From contig CALKZY010000015.1 in assembly GCA_938002965.1 (NCBI GenBank), forward strand, positions 17,633 to 81,632: a stretch of 64,000 bases of DNA. Direction: 5' to 3'. A program made the translations under genes and the position numbers. This DNA comes from an uncultured Acidimicrobiales bacterium (GTDB lineage: Bacteria; Actinomycetota; Acidimicrobiia; Acidimicrobiales; SZUA-35). Of this stretch, positions 56,980-64,000 are shown piece by piece. Within the stretch, counting starts at the first letter, position 1; each line of letters begins with the position of its first letter. Below the pieces are notes generated by a model. That model saw only the letters and a list, made by a program, of their open reading frames with translations, was not told where the DNA came from and ran no database searches.

Positions 56980-57251
56980 GCCGGGGTATACACGTTGTCG
57001 TTTCGGTGGCCACGCTGCACGCCTTCTCTGCTGCGGTTGATCCCTCAGCTCAAGGTGTGAAGTCATGCGACGACCTGCTGCGAGCTATCGAGGCTGTCAA
57101 GGCGACTGATCCTGATGCTCACCGCAGCTGGCCTGGAATCAATCCGCTGACCAAGGCCCTTCAAATCCAACGAGATCGGGTGCGGTGGTCCCGCTCCGGC
57201 CATGTGACCGGCCAGTTGGATCTTGCCGGCTGTGAGGTGGAGATCCGATGA
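56976..57251 (+). CDS. Hypothetical protein
   Basis: Coupled to both neighbours. Confidence 0.55.
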   Translation: MSRGIHVVVSVATLHAFSAAVDPSAQGVKSCDDLLRAIEAVKATDPDAHRSWPGINPLTKALQIQRDRVRWSRSGHVTGQLDLAGCEVEIR

Positions 57252-58507
57252 CAGCCGCCTTCGACATTGCTCCCACTCGTTCGTGGTTCTTCGACCGAGG
57301 TGATGAGTTAGACCCGGCGACCCGTCCGCCAGTTGACCGGGTCGGTGGTGATGCTCGGGTGTGGTCTGAATGGCCGGAGTTCTGTCAAGACGTGGGCTTG
57401 TCGGTTCCAACGACGATGAACACCCGCTGGACCCCTCGTCTTGTCGATTGGTCCCGCACCTCGGACGGGTTTGAGATCTTCGAAGTCGAAATGACCGGGC
57501 GCCTATCTGACTTTGGCGACCTGCTGGGAGACGTGTTGCTGTCGTGCCGTCACGCCGCCACTGTCACCACGATGACGGTTCGGCCCGGGGTTGTGCGGGC
57601 GGTATTGAACCACACCGAACTACCTCTGGCACTGCCGTTTGACGCCGGGTTGATTCCGGATTCCCCCGATGAGTTCTATCTCGGCTCCACCGGTTTCGGG
57701 TCGGACCTGATCTGGGATACCCGGGACAAGTACCACGGCCTAATCGTCGGTGAATCGGGCTCGGGTAAGACCGAGGCGGCTGCCCTGGTCCTACTCCAAG
57801 CCCACTTGAAGGGCTGGAAGTTGATCATTCTCACCCCTACTACTGATGATCCGGCGTTCCAGTTGTTCGCCGATGCCGGTCACACGCTCATAGCCGGCGC
57901 TGAACCCAGTCATCTTGCCTCTGCTCGTCGAGCCATCGAGTCCGAGTTGGCTGATGTGCCCCACCGTGAAGCCGTCAAAGCGGCTGCCGGCGACGACTGG
58001 TTCCAAGGCCAACCCGTCCTGCTGGTGGTAGATGAGTCCGGCGATTTCCTCGAGGACCGCAAACACGACACAACCCGGGTGCGGGAGGACAAAGCGGTGA
58101 TCCGGTCCGGGGTCGATTTGCGAGCGAGGCGTGGCCGCAAGATCCGTCATCACCTCCTGGTCCTGACCCAGGAGCCATACGCCCACAACTTCGGCACGCC
58201 GGAGACGTTGCGCCAGCTTTCGTTTCGTTTGGCGGTCACGAAACTTGATCGGGTGTTTCAGCCGGTGATCTTTCAACCGGCCGGCGACAAGTTGGACTCA
58301 AACGTCCCCCGAATCTTGTCCGATCCGCTCACACCTAAAGGGCGTGGTATCGCCCGCGGGTTCAAGACCGGCACCGGCCCGTCACCTATAACTGCTGCTG
58401 AGATTCCGGTGCAGGTGGCCTGGTGCCCCAAAGAACAACGCGCTGCCCTCATCGGCGGCCGCCCCTCCCCTGCTCCGACTCCGATCGGTTTGGAGGTAGC
58501 GGCGTGA
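57248..58507 (+). CDS. FtsK/SpoIIIE-like (TraB-type) ATPase without TM segments
   Basis: HGLIVGESGSGKT, LLVVDES, RGRKIRHHLLVLTQ, KGRG. Confidence 0.8.
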   Translation: MTAAFDIAPTRSWFFDRGDELDPATRPPVDRVGGDARVWSEWPEFCQDVGLSVPTTMNTRWTPRLVDWSRTSDGFEIFEVEMTGRLSDFGDLLGDVLLSCRHAATVTTMTVRPGVVRAVLNHTELPLALPFDAGLIPDSPDEFYLGSTGFGSDLIWDTRDKYHGLIVGESGSGKTEAAALVLLQAHLKGWKLIILTPTTDDPAFQLFADAGHTLIAGAEPSHLASARRAIESELADVPHREAVKAAAGDDWFQGQPVLLVVDESGDFLEDRKHDTTRVREDKAVIRSGVDLRARRGRKIRHHLLVLTQEPYAHNFGTPETLRQLSFRLAVTKLDRVFQPVIFQPAGDKLDSNVPRILSDPLTPKGRGIARGFKTGTGPSPITAAEIPVQVAWCPKEQRAALIGGRPSPAPTPIGLEVAA

Positions 58508-59355
58508 GCTATCTCGGTGTGGGGTTCAAAGCGCGCCCGGCGTTCCTTCCTCTACAGGGAACTCCAGCAGCCAAGGTCGGCATCGGTGTGCGCTGGTTGT
58601 TTTGGCTTGCCCGGGGCTGGCTACCAACAACCGTCGCCCTGACCATCATGACCGCCGTTGTGGTGACCGTCGCTCAGCCAATCGTGTTGGTCGGGTCATT
58701 CATCACCGGGCTGGCCGCTGTTCCAAAGGCAACCCGGTGGGCGTCGCCACTTGTTGGTGCTTTCACGATTCTGGCAGCGTTGTGGTGGACGTGGACCGGC
58801 CTCGACCTGACGGGCCAGCTGGCTGCGATTGGTTTGGTGTTGGTTTGGCCAATTGACGCTCTGGTTGGTATGCGTGCCGGCCACTATCGGGTGTGCCGGT
58901 TGTGGTCGGAGTTTCGGCGTGGGTTCCCGGTGCGGTTTTCGATCATGGCGGCAAAATCCAACAAGATCCAAGGCCCCTTGGATGGTGAGCAGCAGCTTCC
59001 CGTTGGTGGCCGCCCGATCCTTGACCATCCTGCGCTCGATCATCAGGCCGTGTTCGACGGCGACACGGTGTGGTGCCGCTGTACCGTCTCGCCCGGTCGT
59101 CGACACGAAGCCCTGCGAGAAGTCCTGGCCGAACTGGCTGCATCGTTTGTGCACGTGCAACGAATCGACCTCGTAGTAGCAAACGACCAGCAATCATTCG
59201 GCCACCTCGTAGTTCGCTTCGGGCCACCACTGCTTTCGGCCGACTGCCCGCAACCTACTGGTGGCCGGCTACGCCGCCTGGCCTACATCGCCCCGGCCTA
59301 TGTCGGGATTGGGGCCGGTGTCGCGCTCGCTACCTGGATCTTCACCACCACCTGA
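58504..59355 (+). CDS. Membrane protein resembling the N-terminal anchor region of TraB
   Basis: GGAGG RBS, GTGA overlap; TM helices then TVSPGR...L..LAASF. Confidence 0.6.
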   Translation: MSYLGVGFKARPAFLPLQGTPAAKVGIGVRWLFWLARGWLPTTVALTIMTAVVVTVAQPIVLVGSFITGLAAVPKATRWASPLVGAFTILAALWWTWTGLDLTGQLAAIGLVLVWPIDALVGMRAGHYRVCRLWSEFRRGFPVRFSIMAAKSNKIQGPLDGEQQLPVGGRPILDHPALDHQAVFDGDTVWCRCTVSPGRRHEALREVLAELAASFVHVQRIDLVVANDQQSFGHLVVRFGPPLLSADCPQPTGGRLRRLAYIAPAYVGIGAGVALATWIFTTT

Positions 59356-59366
59356 AAGGACTAGCT

Positions 59367-59510
59367 ATGTCTTTGCCCGATTTTCCTGTCCATGTTGACC
59401 AGCTTGAAGTGTTCACCGTGATCGACCCTGGTGACACGCCGCTGGATCAACAACTGAACGTCTTCCGGGTTCTCGACCCAATCGACCAACCGAGAGGGAG
59501 CCGGCCGTGA
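59367..59510 (+). CDS. Small hypothetical protein, 47 aa
   Basis: AAAGGA RBS; internal repeat DQLEVFTVIDP / QQLNVFRVLDP. Confidence 0.5.
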   Translation: MSLPDFPVHVDQLEVFTVIDPGDTPLDQQLNVFRVLDPIDQPRGSRP

Positions 59511-59681
59511 GCGAACTCGACTACGTGTCGGGAATCGACCAGCGCTGCTGGACGCCCCAACAGCAGTAGAGCCCGAACCCTTAACTCGAGGCCGTGTCAC
59601 TGGTACTGACACCGCTCGACGGGAACAGGCCCTACTACAAGCAATCAATTCGCAGATGAAACAAGAAAGCGAGCAACTGCT

Positions 59682-60092
59682 ATGACCGACACTACCACCA
59701 CCCGGCTACGGGTTCGCCAGTGGCAAGACCCGGCCCCACCCGACGACCAAGCTGACGCCCTGGAGTGGGAACACGCCAACGGTTTGCCAACAACCGGCGA
59801 TGCGTCCGCCGACGTTGTCACTCTTGGGCGAATCACTGATCACGACACAGCGCCGGCTTGCGCCCCGTCTGCGGTCGGACCTTCTCCTCGTAGGCCTGCA
59901 GCTGCTGCTCGGCTCCGTTCAACGGTTGGCTGGTCAGTCGCTCTGGCCCTGGTCGCTCAATGCACAGTTAGTTTAGCGATTTGGACCGGCCGAGCTGACA
60001 ATCCGCTCACGTTGGTGCTTTCGGCGTCGTTAGCAGTCTGTTGCGTTCTGCTGGTGTCTGCGGAGTATCTGACGAGGCGACAAGCCCGCTAG
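59682..60092 (+). CDS. Hypothetical two-TM protein
   Basis: Two C-terminal hydrophobic helices. Confidence 0.55.
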   Translation: MTDTTTTRLRVRQWQDPAPPDDQADALEWEHANGLPTTGDASADVVTLGRITDHDTAPACAPSAVGPSPRRPAAAARLRSTVGWSVALALVAQCTVSLAIWTGRADNPLTLVLSASLAVCCVLLVSAEYLTRRQAR

Positions 60093-60449
60093 CCCCACTG
60101 CACGCCGGGACGAGCGGCCAGCGAGGACCGATCCCCCGACTCACTCACGGCCCTCGGGTCGCCCAACCCCGATTGGTTTCACCGGCCGGACAGGCCGGTG
60201 TCCCAGCCCTTGCACGACACAGCGTCCGTTGCCGTACCCGGCCGAACGTTCACCACTAGACCGCACGAGAGGAACCCACACCGTGGTCACCGCTTACACC
60301 CTTGAGCCACTACGCGGCTCGACACACTCGATCTCGATCGACGCTTGCACGTTTTCGCCACTCCCCGACTCAGACCATGGCGACCGGCCAGACACCCGGC
60401 AGACGCGAGGCCTCGTTGACGGAATAGAGACCGGCATACCGACGAGGCG

Positions 60450-61946
60450 TTGGCGTCACGACACGCGTCGCTGCACCCGTTCCGCAACCACCGGGATGGC
60501 TCACGCGACGGCTACGGCACGAGCAAGGACTCGGCCATGAGCCAGCGACACCGGAGAAGCGACACGATCCCAGCAGACACAAGCCAGGCTTGTACGGCGA
60601 CCCTGGCCGGCGGCCCAGCGTCAAGCGATCAGGCCGACGGCCCCGGGCACGCATGTGCCCGGCCGGCTCTTGGTAATGCTAAGAAATCCGTTTCCACCCT
60701 CGACGACTGGAAGCGGCTTCGAGCCGATCTCCGACGCTCGGATCGGTACCGGATGCGTCGAGACATCGCCGCTCTGTTGCCGGACTCGGCCACAGCGAAA
60801 TGCGGGCTCGGAAGACGCCCAAACGGCAAAGGTGGTGTGTCGAATATTGAGATCCGCACCAACGACGGCCGATCGTTCTACTCCGGCGTGCTGGCCTGCG
60901 GTTCACCCTGGATCTGTCCGGTGTGTGGCCCGAAGATCTTCTACCGGCGCTCGCTTGAGATTAATCAGGTCGATGACGTTGTCCGGGAGCAAGGCGGCAC
61001 AACGGTGTTCGCAACCCTCACGGTGTCGCACTCTGATCAAGACCCGGCCGATTTGTTGGTGCCGTTCATGTCCAAGGCGTTCGGCAAGATCCTGGCTGGT
61101 CGTGCCTGGTACGGCCACTCAGGCAAGGAACGCACCCGACGAACTACCAAGGGCCTGCCGGTGTCCGACGGGCTGCGTGGTGATCTGGGCTATGTCGGCA
61201 TGTCCCGGGCCATGGAATGCACGCATGGCTGCAACGGCTGGCACCCACACATCCACGCTGCTCTCGTGTTCGACAAGCCGCTTGACGACGACCAGGTCGA
61301 CACCCTGCGAGAGTTCGTAGCCGATCGGTGGGCCGACTATGTCGAGAAGACCCTCAAACGTGAGGTCAACGAACACGCCGTGGATGTTCGCAAATGGGAC
61401 AAAGACGAGAAGACCATCGGCTGGTATGTCACAAAGATCGGCCAAGGCTGGAACCTTGGCACCGAGCTAACCGGCCACGACAAGAAGCACACCAAGGGAG
61501 GCAATGAGAACCCCGCCCAGATCTCAGCCCGCTACTCCCGATCCGTCAGAGCGGGCCACCCGGATCGACAAGCCGCTGACCTGCTCGTCGAGTTTTACAA
61601 GGCCACCAAGGGCCGCCCTGCCATCTACATCAGTCCTGGACTCCGCAAGTGGGCTGGGCTGGCTGAGGAACAGACCGACGAGGAACTGGCCAACGAGGAC
61701 ATTAACGGTCAAGTCGTTACCGAACTCTCGGCAACAGTCTGGACCGCCGTCCGATCGCTGAACGCGGAAGCAGACCTGTTGCGCTCATCTGAACAGAACG
61801 GCCTCAACGGCATCGTGGACACACTCCACGACTTCGGACTACGGGTCACCACGACTTCACGAGACCACCCAGAGGACGAAGTGGCCGTGCCGCTGGTGAT
61901 CTTCAGGCCTTTACTACCCACCAACCACAGAAGGGACAAAACATGA
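60450..61946 (+). CDS. rep: Rolling-circle replication initiator (HUH, Rep_1/pIJ101-like); start uncertain (60537 or later)
   Basis: CGSPWICPVC, FATLTVSH, GWHPHIH, YVTK. Confidence 0.9.
   Translation: MASRHASLHPFRNHRDGSRDGYGTSKDSAMSQRHRRSDTIPADTSQACTATLAGGPASSDQADGPGHACARPALGNAKKSVSTLDDWKRLRADLRRSDRYRMRRDIAALLPDSATAKCGLGRRPNGKGGVSNIEIRTNDGRSFYSGVLACGSPWICPVCGPKIFYRRSLEINQVDDVVREQGGTTVFATLTVSHSDQDPADLLVPFMSKAFGKILAGRAWYGHSGKERTRRTTKGLPVSDGLRGDLGYVGMSRAMECTHGCNGWHPHIHAALVFDKPLDDDQVDTLREFVADRWADYVEKTLKREVNEHAVDVRKWDKDEKTIGWYVTKIGQGWNLGTELTGHDKKHTKGGNENPAQISARYSRSVRAGHPDRQAADLLVEFYKATKGRPAIYISPGLRKWAGLAEEQTDEELANEDINGQVVTELSATVWTAVRSLNAEADLLRSSEQNGLNGIVDTLHDFGLRVTTTSRDHPEDEVAVPLVIFRPLLPTNHRRDKT
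60643..60675 (+). other. Candidate double-strand origin
   Basis: CCGGGCAC-GCAT-GTGCCCGG hairpin then CTTGGTA. Confidence 0.5.
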
Positions 61947-62122
61947 CCACCAAATTGGCATTCGACGTGGAGGAAGCGGCCGCTCTTATGAGCATCAGTC
62001 GACGGACCATTTACGAACTGATGCGGACCGGAGAACTCGGCTCGATAAAAATCGGTCGCCGTCGGCTGGTACGTCTCACCGACATCACGGACTTCTTGGC
62101 GAACCAAGAGACAGCAGCATGA
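61943..62122 (+). CDS. xis: Excisionase, 59 aa (below ORF-track cutoff)
   Basis: MTTKLAFDVEEAAALMSISRRTIYELMRTGELGSIKIGRRRLV...; ATGA overlaps with rep and int. Confidence 0.92.
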   Translation: MTTKLAFDVEEAAALMSISRRTIYELMRTGELGSIKIGRRRLVRLTDITDFLANQETAA

Positions 62123-63279
62123 GCCGTCGAGCGCGGGGCGAAGGGACGATCTACCGGGATGGCTCAAGGTGGGTCGCCCGTGTGGATCTTCCGCCTGGAG
62201 CTGATGGCAAACGTCGTCAACGGAAGCGACGGACCCGAACCAAAGCTGAAGCGGTTCAAGCGCTCCGCTTCATGACCTCCGAACTTGAGTCAGTCATCAA
62301 CCCGGATGGCGAGAGCCGCACGGTGGCACAGGCTGCCGATGAGTGGTTTCGAATACAGCCGAAGGACAAGCAGCAATCCACGATTGACAATTGGGCTTGG
62401 CGTTGCGACGTGATTAGAACGGGCTTGGGTGCTCGGACGCTTGGACAGCTCACGGTCGCCGACTGCGACATGTTCCTGGACTGTGCAGCTAGGGGCGAGT
62501 TTGGATCTCGGACCCTGTCACCCGACAGCGTCCGTCGGCTCCGTTCTGTACTCATCAATGTCATCCGCAATGAGGCCCGGCTCGGCAACATTGTTCGCAA
62601 TGTGGCAGATCTCTCGGTGATGCCTCAAGCCGCTGGGGCGTCGACAGAGCATGCGCCCGATGGTGATAGCAGCCTGAGCAGCCGCCGTTCGTTGGATCAT
62701 GACGAGTTTCGCCGCCTTTGGCGGGCGGCTCGATATCCGCTACTGGTAGCGGTGGAGCTGATCGGAAGAAATGGGCTACGTCCGGCTGAGGCAAGAGGAC
62801 TTCGCTGGTCCCGGGTAGACCTTGAAACAGGAACGCTCACCGTGGACACCCAGATGACATCTGGGACCATACTGGCTGACGCTAAGACCAAACGATCTCG
62901 ACGGACCATTCCAATAGATGGACGGACGATCGAGACTCTTACCTCCTGGGCGGAACAACAAGATGTCAAACGTGGGCGAGCTGGTGACCGGTGGCATGAC
63001 CTCGATCTAGTTATCTCGACTCGTTACGGCACCGGCATCAACGGGCCAAACCTGCAAAGGATGGTTGAGGCGGCGTGCTCTGAAGCCGGCATTGATCGGT
63101 ATCTGCCATACGAGTTGCGCCACACGGCGATCACCTTCCAGATCGAGGCCGGGCAAGAGGCGTGGAAGGTGGCCGATTGGGCAGGGACCAGCGTCCGCAT
63201 GATCGAAGACGTCTACCGCCACCGACTTAGTCGAGTCACCGAGATTTCCTCTGCTCGGGTGCCGGATCTAGACCTGTAG
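62119..63279 (+). CDS. int: Tyrosine recombinase / integrase
   Basis: RRARGEGTIY arm-binding N-terminus, GLRPAE, KT, YELRHT, DVY. Confidence 0.95.
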   Translation: MSRRARGEGTIYRDGSRWVARVDLPPGADGKRRQRKRRTRTKAEAVQALRFMTSELESVINPDGESRTVAQAADEWFRIQPKDKQQSTIDNWAWRCDVIRTGLGARTLGQLTVADCDMFLDCAARGEFGSRTLSPDSVRRLRSVLINVIRNEARLGNIVRNVADLSVMPQAAGASTEHAPDGDSSLSSRRSLDHDEFRRLWRAARYPLLVAVELIGRNGLRPAEARGLRWSRVDLETGTLTVDTQMTSGTILADAKTKRSRRTIPIDGRTIETLTSWAEQQDVKRGRAGDRWHDLDLVISTRYGTGINGPNLQRMVEAACSEAGIDRYLPYELRHTAITFQIEAGQEAWKVADWAGTSVRMIEDVYRHRLSRVTEISSARVPDLDL

Positions 63280-63297
63280 GGTCCAGGTTCGGGTCCA
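63279..63297 (+). repeat. Putative integrase arm-type sites, right
   Basis: GGGTCCAGGTTCGGGTCCA, matching 50607-50625. Confidence 0.7.
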
Positions 63298-63339
63298 CGC
63301 TGCTGGCCGGTTGAATCGGGATTGGGTCCGAGCAGCAGG

Positions 63340-63364
63340 AAACCCGCCCAAAATGAGCGGGTTT
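63340..63364 (-). terminator. Element-supplied hairpin/terminator downstream of tRNA-Val(TAC)
   Basis: AAACCCGCTCA-TTT-TGGGCGGGTTT. Confidence 0.6.
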
Positions 63365-63366
63365 TT

Positions 63367-63443
63367 CGGTGGGCGTTGAGGGACTTGAACCCCCGACTTT
63401 CTCCTTGTAAGGGAGACACTCTAGCCAACTGAGTTAAACGCCC
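63367..63443 (-). tRNA. tRNA-Val (anticodon TAC), ending CCG
   Basis: GGGCGTTTAACTCAGTTGGCTAGAGTG TCTCC-CTTACAA-GGAGA AAGTCGGGGGTTCAAGTCCCTCAACGCCCA-CCG. Confidence 0.96.
63368..63412. repeat. att core, right copy
   Basis: Identical to 50467-50511. Confidence 0.97.
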
Positions 63444-63698
63444 AGGAGAGACCGTTGCGATCCCTGGACCCGAGATTCTACAGGGTGCCGACCTCGGTTC
63501 GCTCGCATTAGTCCGGACGTCGTAGGTAGTTGCACCCATGTGATTCGACACATTTCGACTCCCATCTACCGGCGTCCGAGGATTCTTCACCGGCCTGCAA
63601 TCCAACGGAAACTCTACAACAGCACTGGTGTCGTACAGTTGAAATTGGTATTGGCGACAGCTCACTCGGATGCGTGTCGTAACGTGCCAGCAGGAATC

Positions 63699-64000
63699 AT
63701 GACTACTCCGACAAGTCGGATCGGCAGCAACCCCCACGACGTGCAGGCCGAACCCAAGCCATCTTCAACACTAGTTTTTGCCGTCGCTCTGACGATGGTC
63801 CTTGTCGTTGGTCTCGCCTCCTTCATGGCCAGGTCGGAGGCCAGCGTCGGCGGCAGTGGAACTGTTTCCATTGGCTCGGACAGCTACTCGTTCGAAGCGT
63901 CAACCTGCACCGTCTCCGACAGTGCCTTCGTGGTTGCGGGCCCCGGTGTCATCGACGGCGTCCCCTTTTGGCTCTCCGCTTCAAGTCGCACTATCACCTT
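63699..64000 (+). CDS. Hypothetical membrane-anchored protein, runs off the right edge
   Basis: MTTPTSRIG...LVFAVALTMVLVVGLASF...; open to window end. Confidence 0.65.
   Translation, partial: MTTPTSRIGSNPHDVQAEPKPSSTLVFAVALTMVLVVGLASFMARSEASVGGSGTVSIGSDSYSFEASTCTVSDSAFVVAGPGVIDGVPFWLSASSRTIT

Larger units (their letters stand above)
50467..63412. mobile_element. Actinomycete integrative and conjugative element (AICE), ~12.9 kb, in tRNA-Val(TAC)
   Basis: Identical 45-bp direct repeats; rep-xis-int, FtsK-like ATPase, DUF2637 and SCO3933-like genes. Confidence 0.93.

Noticed and set aside
62119-63279. Integrase inactive because HxxR reads YELR and LGH reads AGT
   Set aside because: Such substitutions occur in tyrosine recombinases; both Arg, the Lys and the Tyr are present, and the att repeats are identical.
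63213-63737. 174-aa minus-strand ORF
   Set aside because: It spans the tRNA and att site; spurious.
1-64000. CRISPR array or cas genes
   Set aside because: No regularly spaced repeat-spacer array and no Cas motifs seen.

Overview
High-GC window that looks actinobacterial (Acidimicrobiia-like, inferred from gene content only). A ~39 kb housekeeping core (9.5-48 kb) holds OsmC, def, menA, murF, ddl, a TetR-linked FAR-HAD/LarA-like/PlsC lipid operon, two DUF3048 lipoproteins, GntR, aconitase, HAD-PlsC, a 6C-like sRNA, LysR, a carboxyltransferase, citrate synthase, a PBP, a BNR-repeat protein and a beta-helix protein. The core is bracketed by two different integrative elements, each next to a tRNA-Val. 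Left (<1-~9.4 kb, truncated): VirD4-like ATPase, Replic_Relax relaxase, ArdA and a large serine recombinase whose frame runs into tRNA-Val(CAC), plus small ORFs that may be anti-defence proteins (one SAM-lyase/DUF3574-like, one very acidic). Right (50467-63412, complete, 45-bp att repeats): an AICE in tRNA-Val(TAC) with int, xis, a rolling-circle Rep and an apparently split TraB. Its cargo is a Zn-hook SMC/Rad50-like ATPase coupled to a small HEPN-like protein, plus an HTH-Nudix-like protein. Best candidates for undescribed systems: the ATPase/HEPN-like cargo, the LarA-containing lipid operon, and the left element's putative anti-defence set. All family calls come from motifs recognised by eye; no searches were run.
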